A stretch of DNA of 64,000 bases from an uncultured Acidobacteriota bacterium (GTDB lineage Bacteria; Acidobacteriota; Vicinamibacteria; Vicinamibacterales; UBA2999): contig CAWHBF010000023.1 of assembly GCA_963827515.1 (NCBI GenBank), positions 511,281 to 575,280 on the forward strand, given 5' to 3'. A program made the translations under genes and the position numbers. The notes under the pieces were generated by a model. It was not told the origin of the DNA. It saw only the letters and a list, made by a program, of their open reading frames with translations, and did no database searches. Of the stretch, positions 45,541 to 55,074 are shown in pieces (the stretch's first letter is position 1; every line of letters begins with the position of its first letter).

Positions 45541-46759
45541 TCCGGATCCCTGGCCCGGCCCGAATTCGGAACCGCCCGCCCGCCGCCACGGCCCAACCCC
45601 TCTCAACCAACCCGCGAACTACGCTTGTTTCGTCTCGGACTGGCACCCAGACGTTGAATCCAGACCGGCCGTGCGCCGCGATTCCGTGCTCGCCCAGCGC
45701 GGCGATGGCCGTCGTACGACGCTCGGTGTAAGCCTCTCCGGCCTTGGCGATCCGTCGCCCATTGGCCGGGTCCGCCCATAGCGCAAGCGCGAGTTGCTGA
45801 AGGATCGGACTGACGCCCCGGGCACCCAGGGCTTGCCGACCCCGTACGCGGGCGATCGTGACGTCGTCACCAGCCAGGACCGCCACGCGCACGTCCGGAC
45901 CAAGAAATTTCGACAGGGAACGCACAGCGATCCAATACTCCCGCGAGGGGTCGCACAGCGTGTGGAGTGGTGCGCCGGCAACGGGTCCGGCATAGTCGTT
46001 CTCTACCAGGACGACCTGGGGGAATCGACGCAGTACTTCGCGAAGTTCCTCCGCGCGCGCCCGGCTCAGTGCCGCGCCTGTAGGGTTCTGTGCTCTTGGG
46101 GTCACGACGATCGCCTGGCACCGCCGTGAAAGCGCCGCATGCACAGCCCCCGGCACCGGACCCTCATCGTCCAGCGCGAAGGGCACGGGTTCGTACCCAG
46201 AAACGTTGACTAGATCGACAATGCCCGGAAACGAGGGGTCCTCGACGGCGACACGATCGCCCGCACGAAGGTGTTCGCGAAGAACACGCTCGATAGCGTC
46301 CAACCCGCCGCTCAGAACCGCCGCGGCACCCGCGGGTATGCCGTCTGCCTCGAACTCGCTGGACGCAAAGGCCACGAGGTCAGCCCGATCGGGCCCGATG
46401 CCGTATCGGCCCGGTTCCGCCTGGATCGAGCGAAGAGCTGGCTCGAGCGGAGGCAGCAGAGCCTCATCTGGGTTACCTGTCGCGAGGTCCCTGGTGCCGG
46501 CAGGTACCGCCAGAGCGGCAACCGACGATGGTGCGGCCTGTCTGGAGGCCGTACGGGTTCCCTGGCGACCCTGTCCGGTCACCAATCCTCTCGCGCGCAA
46601 TAACTTGTAGGCGGCGGCGACCGTCGTTGGGCTCACGCCCAAAGTGACCGCGAGCTGCCGAACGGTCGGCAGCGACTGACCTGCGGCCGCCGATGGGGCA
46701 CAAAGTCCTCGCTCGAGAGAAGCAGCGATGGCGGTGGCGGTTCGACCGGAAGGATCCAT
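45449..46759 (-). CDS. MocR/PdxR-type regulator (GntR HTH fused to a class I aminotransferase-like domain)
   Basis: 436 aa with the HTH LPTVRQLAVTLGVSPTTVAAAYKLLRARGLV followed by an aminotransferase-fold domain. Confidence 0.85.
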   Translation of the reverse strand: MDPSGRTATAIAASLERGLCAPSAAAGQSLPTVRQLAVTLGVSPTTVAAAYKLLRARGLVTGQGRQGTRTASRQAAPSSVAALAVPAGTRDLATGNPDEALLPPLEPALRSIQAEPGRYGIGPDRADLVAFASSEFEADGIPAGAAAVLSGGLDAIERVLREHLRAGDRVAVEDPSFPGIVDLVNVSGYEPVPFALDDEGPVPGAVHAALSRRCQAIVVTPRAQNPTGAALSRARAEELREVLRRFPQVVLVENDYAGPVAGAPLHTLCDPSREYWIAVRSLSKFLGPDVRVAVLAGDDVTIARVRGRQALGARGVSPILQQLALALWADPANGRRIAKAGEAYTERRTTAIAALGEHGIAAHGRSGFNVWVPVRDETSVVRGLVERGWAVAAGGRFRIRAGPGIRITISTLSIEDAERLAGDLARLRGSVSGGIA

Positions 46760-46765
46760 TTAATC

Positions 46766-46794
46766 TGTTACGTATATTATTTTGTACCGTAACA
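46766..46794. promoter_or_regulatory. Inverted repeat in an AT-rich divergent promoter region (candidate MocR operator)
   Basis: TGTTACG (46766-46772), 15 nt of AT-rich spacer, then CGTAACA (46788-46794). It lies between the divergent MocR and MutS-like genes. Confidence 0.35.
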
Positions 46795-46867
46795 TAATTG
46801 CACCGCTGGGTTCTGCGACTGCCCACCCCGAACAGGGCACAATGGCCCGTCATGCTGTCTCCGAGCG

Positions 46868-48642
46868 ATGAGTACCCGGGAGCGGCTCGGTCTGCGCCAG
46901 GCCGAGGCCGGCAGGCTGGCAGCGAGAGACCGTCTCCTCAGCTACGTTCGCCTGCTTGGTGTTCCTGGCGGGAGGCGTGGTCGTCGTCGCATGGTGGCGC
47001 GGCAGCGCCGGCGCCTGGTGGCTGGCTCTACCGGCCCTGGCTTTTGCGGCGCTCGTACGAAGCCATGACCGTGTCATTCGGGCTCGCCTGGCCGCGGAGC
47101 GTTCCATCGGGTTCTACGAACGGGGCCTCAGCCGAATCGAGGATCGCTGGTCCAACGACGGCGAGACCGGCGAGCGCTTCCGCAGCGATGACCATCCCTA
47201 CGCCAACGACCTGGATCTCTTCGGGCCAGGGTCGCTCTTTCAGCTTCTCTCGATTGCCCGAACTCGCCCAGGCGAAGAACGGCTCGCCTCATGGCTCACC
47301 CGTGCGGCGTCGCCCGAGGAGGTGACGCGCAGGCAGGAGGCTGTGACGGAGCTTGCACCCGCGCTCGACCTGCGCGAGGAGCTTTCGCTGGCGGGAACCG
47401 ACGTCCGGGCTGGGGTCAACGGTGATGCGCTCGTGGCGTGGGCGGAAGGAGGGCCCCAGCTCGGCGTACGGTGGCTCCGGGGTATCGCCGCGATGCTGAC
47501 GGCCGCAGCGCTAGCCACGGCAGGGTATGGCGTTGGCACCGGAGAATACGGGCCGTTCGTGGCGGTCGTCGCCCTCGAGATCCTCTTTTCGCTTCCACTG
47601 CGCTCGCGCGTGCTGCGGTCGCTACATGCTGCTGGCTCGCCTGCCCGGGACCTCGACATCCTCGCGCACGTCCTGGAACGGCTCGAGCGTCAGGACTTCA
47701 ACGCGGCCCCACTCGTCGCACTTCGTCGCAGCCTCGACACGAGTGGCGTGCCCGCGTCAGCGGCCATTCGGCGCCTGCACCGCCTCGTCGAACTGCACGA
47801 CTGGCAGCACAACCAGTTCTTCGCACCCGTCGCCGCCGCACTCCTCTGGGGAACCCATCTGGCGTGGGCGATCGAGGGATGGCGCCGGACACACGGCTCC
47901 CAAGTGCGTACCTGGTTGCACACGGTCGGTGACTTCGAGGCACTCAGTTCGCTGTCGGCATATCGCTACGAGCACCCCGACGACGTGTGGCCGGAGATCG
48001 TCAACGAGGGCGCGGGATTCGACGGTACCTGGAATCGGTCATCCATTGATCCCAGCGGTGAGCGCCGTCCGAAACGATGTTCGGCTCTGGGGCGATACGC
48101 GAATGCTGCTCGTGAGTGGCTCGAACATGTCCGGCAAGAGCACGCTCCTACGCACGGTCGGCATCAATACGGTCCTCGCACTGGCCGGCGCTCCGGTGCG
48201 CGCCGCGGCGCTTCGGATCACGCCGCTCGCCATCGGGGCCACGCTGCGGATTCAGGATTCGCTCCAAGAAGGCCGGTCGCGCTTCTACGCCGAGATCACG
48301 CGGATTCGCGCCATCGCGGACACCGCTCGCGGTCCGGTGCCCCTGCTCTTTCTACTGGACGAGCTCTTCCATGGAACGAATTCGCACGACCGGCTCGCCG
48401 GCGCATCCGGCGTGCTGCGCAGCCTCATCGACCGCGGCGCGATAGGCCTGATCACGACGCACGATCTCGCGCTGACCGCTGTGGCCCACGCCCTCGCCCC
48501 TCGCGCCGTCAACGTGCACTTCGAAGACCGGTTCGAAGGGGGCGAGATCCATTTCGACTACCGCCTGAAGCCCGGTCCCGTAACGCGGAGTAACGCCATT
48601 GCGCTCATGCGCGCGGTCGGACTCGACGTCGAGGGCGCGTGA
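46868..48642 (+). pseudogene. Membrane-anchored MutS-domain-V (MutS-related ATPase) protein with two apparent 1-nt insertions
   Basis: Frame 1 is MSTRERLGLRQAEAGRLAARDRLLSYVRLL. Frame 2 runs from about 46957: VFLAGGVVVVAWW...DLDLFGPGSLFQLL.... Frame 3 runs from about 48024-48028: GIGHPLIPAVSAVRNDVRL...LLVSGSNMSGKSTLLRTVG...FLLDELFHGTNSHDR...TTHDL. Confidence 0.75.
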
Positions 48643-48679
48643 AACCACGAAGGACACGAAGAGTGCGCTTCGTGGTTCC
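48641..48679 (+). terminator. Stem-loop starting in the MutS-like stop codon
   Basis: gaaaccacgaag-(15 nt)-cttcgtggttcc pairs at 11 of 12 positions. There is no U-tract. The ACGAAG motif resembles a variant of the hairpin-repeat arms. Confidence 0.35.
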
Positions 48680-48691
48680 ACGGGCACTACA

Positions 48692-49063
48692 ATGACGAGC
48701 ATGGCCTCAACCACGATCGTGTTCGGTGTGCTGCTGACGCTCCTCGGCATCGGCGGATACGTCCTCGCCGGGGGCGTCAGCGTCACGGCGCTCATTCCGG
48801 CGTTCTTCGGACTCCCGCTCGTGGTGCTGGGGTTCCTCGCGCGGTCGGACTCGATTCGAAAGCATGCGATGCATGCGGCGGCGGCGCTCGCGCTCGTGGG
48901 CTGGGCCGGTGCGGTGTTCAGCCTGATGCGCACGCCCGCAGGGCCGCGATCAGCTATCGCCGTGTTCTCTCAGAGCGCGATGGTGGTGCTCACGGCGATC
49001 TTCGTGGCGCTGTGCGTGAGGTCTTTCATAGCCGCCAGACGCGCCCGAACGAGCGGACGCTAG
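48692..49063 (+). CDS. Small hypothetical membrane protein
   Basis: The start is ATG 48692. 123 aa with four hydrophobic segments (IVFGVLLTLLGIGGYVLAG, ALIPAFFGLPLVVLGFLA, and others). Confidence 0.5.
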   Translation: MTSMASTTIVFGVLLTLLGIGGYVLAGGVSVTALIPAFFGLPLVVLGFLARSDSIRKHAMHAAAALALVGWAGAVFSLMRTPAGPRSAIAVFSQSAMVVLTAIFVALCVRSFIAARRARTSGR

Positions 49064-49080
49064 GGCGTTCTTTCCTTCAC

Positions 49081-49195
49081 GAGCCACAGAGGCACAGAAC
49101 GGCGTAGAGCGGAGGCTTTAGCCTCCGCGGACACGCGCACGCTGAAGCGTGCGCTCTACGACGAAACTTCTCTGTGCCTCCGTGACTCTGTGGCT
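49081..49195. repeat. Composite repeat: CACAGAG arms enclosing a GTAGAGCG element
   Basis: The left arm is gagccacagaggcacagaa. The nested element is cggcGTAGAGCGGAGGCTTTAGCCTCCGCGGACACGCGCACGCTGAAGCGTGCGCTCTACgacgaaac. The right arm is ttctctgtgcctccgtgactctgtggct. Confidence 0.85.
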
Positions 49196-49209
49196 AGCTG
49201 GAAGAGCAA

Positions 49210-50409
49210 CTATCCAGGCGGCGTTGCCGTCTTACGCGGTGGGTTGAAGAACGGCATCTTGACCACCGTGGCCCCCACGAAGAGCCGCACCGCCTCCACG
49301 GTCACTTCCACCTCGAGACGCGTGCCCTCGCTGAAGTAGGGGGCTTCGACCGTCGCCAGCGCCAGCAGCCGCTTCAGCGTCGGCGACCAGGCGGTGGTCG
49401 TGGCGCGACCGACCTGCCGGCCGTCACGCATCACCGGCACCGGCACGCGTGACGCCGTCGCCGGCGCCACCGGCGCGAGCGCCGCACGTTCGTACGCCGC
49501 CTCTACCTCGGTCCAGTCCCACTCGAGACCAACGACCATGCGAGAAGGGCCGCGGCTTCGCTCCTCCGCCAGCGCCGAACGCCCGACGAACGGGCCTTTC
49601 TCTATCGCCACGAGCCGTCCGAGACCCATCTCGAACGGGGAATACTTCTGCGCGTCTATCAGCGCTTTCCGACTGCCGTGGAAGTCCACGTCGATGAGGA
49701 GGAGCCCGGCTTCGAGTCGTGCCACATCGAGCGCGAGCATTCCCGCCGGTCTGAGATCGAACGACGCTCCGTGCTCCATCAGGGTGTCCCACACCTCGAC
49801 GGCCGATTCGACCGGTATCCAGATCTCGTAACCCAGATCCCCTGTGTACCCGGTGCGCGAGATTTCCACGGGAACACGACCAATGCGGCCGGGCATCACG
49901 CGAAAGTATTTCAACGACTCGACATCAGCCTCCGCCGCTGCCCGCAGGACGCGCGCGGACATGGGCCCCTGGAGGGCCAGGGCCGCAACCCGTTCTGAGA
50001 CATCCTCGATCTCGACATCCAGCCCCACGGCGTTCTGCCGAAACCATCGCAAACTGGGATCGGCTGCGGTCCATCGATACGCCTGCTCTCCCAGCCGCGC
50101 GACCGTCCCGTCATCGATGACCTTGCCTTGCTCGTCGCACCAGGGTGTGTACCAGACCTGACCGATGCTCATGCGTCGAGCGTCACGCGTAATGACCCGG
50201 TCCACGAGCCGCGTCGCGTCTCGACCGGTGACGTGGTACTTGAACAACGGGGAGATGTCGATGAGGGCGGCTGCGTTGCGAATGGCGTTGTATTCGTGCT
50301 CGTGGTGGCTCTCGTACGCGCTGACGGCGTAGTAGCCCGACCACTCGCGGTAGTTCAGCGATTCGCACAGTGCGAAGGTGCGCGGGTGAAAGGCTGTCCC
50401 GATGGGCAC
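49210..50409 (-). CDS. GcvT-family aminomethyltransferase-like folate-binding protein
   Basis: The start is taken at GTG 50409 (the longer ORF upstream is Arg/Asp-rich and non-homologous). YNAIRNAAALIDISPLFKYHVTGRDA, LALQGPMSA and SRTGYTGDLGYEIW are present. Confidence 0.8.
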   Translation of the reverse strand: MPIGTAFHPRTFALCESLNYREWSGYYAVSAYESHHEHEYNAIRNAAALIDISPLFKYHVTGRDATRLVDRVITRDARRMSIGQVWYTPWCDEQGKVIDDGTVARLGEQAYRWTAADPSLRWFRQNAVGLDVEIEDVSERVAALALQGPMSARVLRAAAEADVESLKYFRVMPGRIGRVPVEISRTGYTGDLGYEIWIPVESAVEVWDTLMEHGASFDLRPAGMLALDVARLEAGLLLIDVDFHGSRKALIDAQKYSPFEMGLGRLVAIEKGPFVGRSALAEERSRGPSRMVVGLEWDWTEVEAAYERAALAPVAPATASRVPVPVMRDGRQVGRATTTAWSPTLKRLLALATVEAPYFSEGTRLEVEVTVEAVRLFVGATVVKMPFFNPPRKTATPPG

Positions 50410-50439
50410 TGGCGGAATTATAGAGGTGGGCGGGATAGA

Positions 50440-52026
50440 ATGCGCGCCGTGACGTACGACGCGGTCGTCATCGGCGGCGGACACAACGGCTTGACGACCG
50501 CCGCCTACCTCGCGAGAGCGGGCCGCAAGGTGCTGGTACTGGAGCGCCGCCACGTACTCGGCGGCGCAGCCGTCACCGAGGAGATCTTCCAGGGATTCAA
50601 GTTCTCGGTCTGCTCGTACGTCGTGTCGCTCCTCCGCCCCGAGATCATCCGCGAGCTGGACTTGCCACGACGCGGCCTCGAGATCCTGCCGCTCGACGGC
50701 ACGTTCACACCGATGCCGAACGGCGACTACCTGTGGCGCGTCAACGACCATGCGAAGACCCGCCGGGAGATCTCGCGACACTCCCTCGTCGATGCGGAAG
50801 CGTACGACGAGTACGGCCGCGCGATGGTGGCGATGGGACGCTTCGTCAGGCCGATCCTCAACATGTTGCCCCCGGATCCGACCTCACTCGATCCTCGTGA
50901 ACTGCAGAAGCTCCTCTTCCTCGTGCAGCGATTCCGAAACCTCTCGCGGCAGGACCAATACAACCAGGTCCAGCTCATGACGATGAGCGCCGTTGACTTT
51001 CTCGATCAATGGTTCGAAACGGACGTGCTGAAGGCGACGATGGCCGCCTCGGGCATCATCGGGACGTTCCAGGGCGTGCGCTCGCCTGGCACCGCGTATG
51101 TACTGCTGCACCACTACATGGGCGACATCGACGGTGCGTTCCGCTCCTGGGGCTTTGCGCGTGGCGGCACCGGCGCGATCTCGAATGCGATAGCCGACGC
51201 CGCGCGTGAGGCCGGAGTCGAGATTCGAGTCAATGCTTCGGTTGCCGGCATCACGGTACGGAACAACCGAGCGCAGGGCGTTGTCCTCGACAACGGCGAC
51301 GAGATTGCTGCCAATGTGATCGCTTCGAGCGTCGATCCGCGCCTGACCTTTCTGAAGTTCATCGACAGGGCGGCCCTTTCCGAGGATTTTCTCGACGATA
51401 TTCGCCGCTACAAGTTTCGTGGCTCATCCGGCAAGGTCAATCTCGCGTTGGATACGCTGCCCGAGTTCACCTGCCGCCCCGCCGCCGGTCCGCACTTGCG
51501 AGGCGCCATCTCCATTTCGCCGAGCGTCGACTACATGGAGCGTGCGTACGACGCGGCGAAGTACGGCTGCTTCTCGCGCCAGCCGTACATCGACGTCGTG
51601 ATCCCGTCGCTCACCGACCCCAGCGTCGCTCCGCCTGGCAAGCATGTGATGTCCTGCTTCGTCCAGTACGCGCCCTACCACCTCACGGAAGGCTCGTGGG
51701 ACGACAAGCGCGAGGAGTTCGGCGACGCGGTCGTGAACACGCTCACGCAGTACGCTCCGAACCTGAAGAACTCCATCCTTCATCGCCAGGTCATCACGCC
51801 GCTCGATCTCGAGCGTGAATGGGGGCTCTCCGAGGGAAACATCTTTCAGGGCGAACTGACGCTCGAGCAACTGTTCTTCCTCAGGCCGGCTCCGGGATGG
51901 GCGCAGTACCGGACGCCGGTCAAGGGGTTGTACATGTGTGGATCGGCCACGCATCCCGGCGGCGGCATCATGGGTGCGCCCGGGCGAAACGCCGCCCTGA
52001 AGATCATGGCGGACACGCACCGATGA
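50440..52026 (+). CDS. FAD/NAD(P)-dependent oxidoreductase, phytoene desaturase (CrtI)-related family
   Basis: The start is ATG 50440. The dinucleotide-binding motif is YDAVVIGGGHNGLTTAAYLARAG. The C-terminus is GLYMCGSATHPGGGIMGAPG. Confidence 0.8.
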   Translation: MRAVTYDAVVIGGGHNGLTTAAYLARAGRKVLVLERRHVLGGAAVTEEIFQGFKFSVCSYVVSLLRPEIIRELDLPRRGLEILPLDGTFTPMPNGDYLWRVNDHAKTRREISRHSLVDAEAYDEYGRAMVAMGRFVRPILNMLPPDPTSLDPRELQKLLFLVQRFRNLSRQDQYNQVQLMTMSAVDFLDQWFETDVLKATMAASGIIGTFQGVRSPGTAYVLLHHYMGDIDGAFRSWGFARGGTGAISNAIADAAREAGVEIRVNASVAGITVRNNRAQGVVLDNGDEIAANVIASSVDPRLTFLKFIDRAALSEDFLDDIRRYKFRGSSGKVNLALDTLPEFTCRPAAGPHLRGAISISPSVDYMERAYDAAKYGCFSRQPYIDVVIPSLTDPSVAPPGKHVMSCFVQYAPYHLTEGSWDDKREEFGDAVVNTLTQYAPNLKNSILHRQVITPLDLEREWGLSEGNIFQGELTLEQLFFLRPAPGWAQYRTPVKGLYMCGSATHPGGGIMGAPGRNAALKIMADTHR

Positions 52027-53589
52027 CGAACGTCGTCATCATCGGCGGGGGACACAACGGTCTGTCCGCGGCGTTCTATCTCGCGAAGGCCGGTCTCAAA
52101 CCGATCGTGCTGGAATCACGCCCCGGGCTCGGTGGCGGCGCCGTCACGGGCGATCTGCATCCAGGCTTCAAGTGTCCGACGCTCTCCCACCACACCTCAC
52201 TGTGGGCAGACATCGTTCGTGACATGGACCTGCCTTCGCTTGGCGTCAACTTCCTCGAGCCGGAGGTCGAGGCGATCGCGGTTCCACTCGACGGGCCTCC
52301 GCTCGTCGTCTACGACGACCCCGAGCGCACCGCCAACGCGATGCGCGGACGAAGCGCGAAGGACGCGGCTGCCTATCCTGAGTATCGCGCGGCGATGGAG
52401 CAGATCGCCCGGGTGGTCGGCTCCGTTCTGGGTTCACCGCCTCCGGATATCGATGACCCCGGACCTCGCGACTTGTGGAACGTGCTCGGCGTCGGCCGCA
52501 GTTTTCGCGGTCTCGGCACGCGAAACGGCTATCGACTCCTGCGATGGGCGCCGATGCCGGTGGCCGATCTCACGCGCGAATGGTTCGAGTCGGAACTGCT
52601 CTGTGCGTCGATTGCAGGGCCGGCGGTATCGGGCGCCATGATGGGCCCCCGTTCTGCCGGCTCCGGACTCGTGCTGCTGCTGCAGGAGGCCCATAGGCTG
52701 CTCGCGGGAGGTTCGTTTCGAGCTCGCGGGGGCCCCGGTGCGATGACCGTGGGGATGGCAATCGCCGCGCACGGCGCTGGTGCAGAGATCCGTCGTGGCA
52801 CGACGGTCGAACGGATCATCGTGAGGGACGATCACGTCGTCGGGGTCGTTGCGGATGGCACGGAGATCCCCGCGACCGTCGTCGTATCCGCGGTGGACCC
52901 AAAGACAACGTTCCTGCGACTCATGAACGCAGAGGATCTAACGCCGGACTTCCTGATGAAGATCCGCAACTATCGAGCAAGGGGAACCCTCGCGAAAGTG
53001 AATCTTGCGCTGACCGCGCTTCCCGGGTTCCGGTGCGTACCTTCGGGCGAGACCGCACTCCTGTCAGGTCGTATCCATCTTGGACCGACGCTCGACTACA
53101 TCGAGCGCGCGTTCGACCACGCGAAGTATGGCGAGATGTCGGCCGACCCGTGGCTCGATGTGACCATTCCCTCGATCCTGGATCCCGATCTCGCCCCGAG
53201 CGGCGCCCACGTCATGTCGATCTACGTGCACTACACGCCGTTCAGCCTGCGGCACGGCGACTGGCAGACATCCAAGGCTCTGCTTCTGCAACGCGTGCTC
53301 GCGACACTCGAGCAGTTTGCGCCCGGGCGTGAGCTCTCTCGTCGTGGCCGCAGAGTCGATCACACCCGAGGAGCTCGAGTCGCAGTACGGCTTTCATGGC
53401 GGCCACGTCTTCCACGGCGAGCTGACGCTGGATCAACTCGCCACGATGAGACCGCTGCTGGGGTACGGGCGGTACAAAGGACCGGTCCGTGGGCTGTATC
53501 TGTGCGGCGCCGGCACACACCCCGGTGGTCTCATGGCCGGCGCCAGCGGAAAGCTGGCGGCCCACGAGATTGTCAGTTCATTGTCGTAG
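52023..53589 (+). pseudogene. Second CrtI-related FAD-dependent oxidoreductase (paralogue) with an apparent 1-nt insertion
   Basis: ATGA overlap with the upstream gene. The N-terminus is MTNVVIIGGGHNGLSAAFYLAKAG. The frame changes at gcCCCGGGc 53322-53328 (...LEQFAPG|VSSLVVAAESITPEELESQYGFHGGHVFHGEL...GLYLCGAGTHPGG). The restored sequence aligns with the paralogue's C-terminus. Confidence 0.75.
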
Positions 53590-53623
53590 AGACAACGTGA
53601 GCCAGTGCGCTATTCTCTGGGCG

Positions 53624-54220
53624 GTGACGAACGATCTCCGCTACCCCATAGGGCCTCTGCAACCAGTCACGCCTGCAACTGACGAGGTACGGAGCATGGC
53701 CATTGAGGACCTCAACGCCCTCCCTGCGTTGATGCGTCGCGCGGTGAGTGGATTGACCGACGCCCAACTCGACACCCCGTACCGGCCCGGCGGATGGACC
53801 GTCCGGCAGGTCGTGCACCACGTGCCCGACAGCCACATGCACGCCTACATCCGGCTGAAGCTCGCACTCACGGAAGACGAACCCACGATCAAGCCGTACA
53901 ACGAGCAGACGTGGGCCGAGCTGGCCGACAGCAGGATGCCGATTGATGTTTCGCTCGGCCTCCTGGACGGCGTCCATGCGCGGATGGTGACCATCCTCCG
54001 CGGCATGGGATCCAAAGACTGGGCCCGGACGTTCAACCACCCGGAGTACCCGGAGGCCCCCCGCACGCTTGACTGGCTCGTGCAGGGCTACGCCTGGCAC
54101 TCACGTCACCACCTTGCCCACATCACGTCTTTGCGACAACGCGAAGGCTGGCTGCAGCGAGCCGTAGCTTGCTCGCGGTCACGCGCAGCGAAGCTGCGCT
54201 CTACGGCGAAGCATCGCTGA
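53624..54220 (+). CDS. DinB/YfiT-family metal-dependent hydrolase or thiol transferase
   Basis: The GTG start gives TNDLRYPIGPL.... RPGGWTVRQVVHHVPDSHMHAYIRLKLAL and GYAWHSRHHLAHI carry the His triad of the YfiT/DinB fold. The last ~20 codons run into repeat sequence. Confidence 0.8.
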   Translation: MTNDLRYPIGPLQPVTPATDEVRSMAIEDLNALPALMRRAVSGLTDAQLDTPYRPGGWTVRQVVHHVPDSHMHAYIRLKLALTEDEPTIKPYNEQTWAELADSRMPIDVSLGLLDGVHARMVTILRGMGSKDWARTFNHPEYPEAPRTLDWLVQGYAWHSRHHLAHITSLRQREGWLQRAVACSRSRAAKLRSTAKHR

Positions 54221-54308
54221 GCAGTTTCCACAAGGGCGAAGGCTGGCTAGTCGGCCGTAGCTCGCTTCGTTTTCCGAGAGCGAAGGCTGATAGGATAAGC
54301 GCACCGAA

Positions 54309-54629
54309 ATGGCCGCCATCAAACCCAAGGATGCCCAAGTGAGCGACAAACCAGAGATCGGCGATGCGCTGGGCATGATCGAGACACGCGGCCTGATCGG
54401 AATGATCGAGGCAGCCGACGCGATGCTCAAGACGGCGAATGTGGTGCTGGTCAGCTGGCAGAAGGTCGATGCCGGGCTCGTGACCGCGCTCATCCGCGGT
54501 GACGTCGGTTCGGTGAAGGCCGCCACCGACGCCGGAGCCGCCGCCGCCCGCCGCGTAGGCGAGCTGGTCGGCGTTCACGTCATTCCGCGCCCGGCCGACG
54601 ACCTCGAGAAAGTTTTTCCGATCCGCTAG
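54309..54629 (+). CDS. Bacterial microcompartment shell protein, BMC-H (PduA/EutM/CcmK type, single BMC domain)
   Basis: 106 aa: [81 protein letters not shown] is a near-consensus BMC domain. It has a ~19-aa N-terminal extension. Confidence 0.85.
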   Translation: MAAIKPKDAQVSDKPEIGDALGMIETRGLIGMIEAADAMLKTANVVLVSWQKVDAGLVTALIRGDVGSVKAATDAGAAAARRVGELVGVHVIPRPADDLEKVFPIR

Positions 54630-55074
54630 TCCGCCGCCTGCGCTCGCGCACGACCAGCGGGCGAATCGGCAGGTCCTGCCCCACCATCAGCAGCGGCTGC
54701 GACGGCGAGTCCAGGTCGTAGAGTCCCCCGTCCTTCGTTCGCGCGTACAGCTGATCGCCGGCAATGAAAAGGGTCATCGCGCCGTCGTCACCGATCGCCT
54801 CGTACAAGCGCACGCCGAACTGGTCGTGCAGCGTCGTGAGCAATCGCCGAAGGCGCGGCACGGAGAAACCGCGGCGTCGGAGATCGGCCAGCACCTGCAA
54901 TTCGAGCACATCGAGCGGCGTGTAGCGCCGTTCGGTAAATCCACCGGCCTCCGTTCGGTGGGCTGCGAGCGCGGCCTTGAACAGCCGGCGCGTGTCCCAC
55001 CATTGCAGCTGCCGGGCGGTCAGGCCGGTCAGCACGGCGACTTCTCTCGATGTGTAGTGCTTCTTGAGCTTCAC
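54580..55074 (-). CDS. MerR-family transcriptional regulator-like protein
   Basis: The GTG start overlaps the thiO stop (GTGA). [26 protein letters not shown]...[32 protein letters not shown] is present. The 3' end overlaps the convergent BMC gene by 50 nt. Confidence 0.6.
   Translation of the reverse strand: MKLKKHYTSREVAVLTGLTARQLQWWDTRRLFKAALAAHRTEAGGFTERRYTPLDVLELQVLADLRRRGFSVPRLRRLLTTLHDQFGVRLYEAIGDDGAMTLFIAGDQLYARTKDGGLYDLDSPSQPLLMVGQDLPIRPLVVRERRRRTSGSEKLSRGRRPGAE

Noticed and set aside
14091-53330. I considered programmed ribosomal frameshifting as an explanation for the frame breaks.
   Set aside because: There are too many sites, they fall in unrelated genes, and they lack slippery heptamers or downstream pseudoknots. 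Several coincide with short homopolymers, which is more consistent with sequence error or decay.
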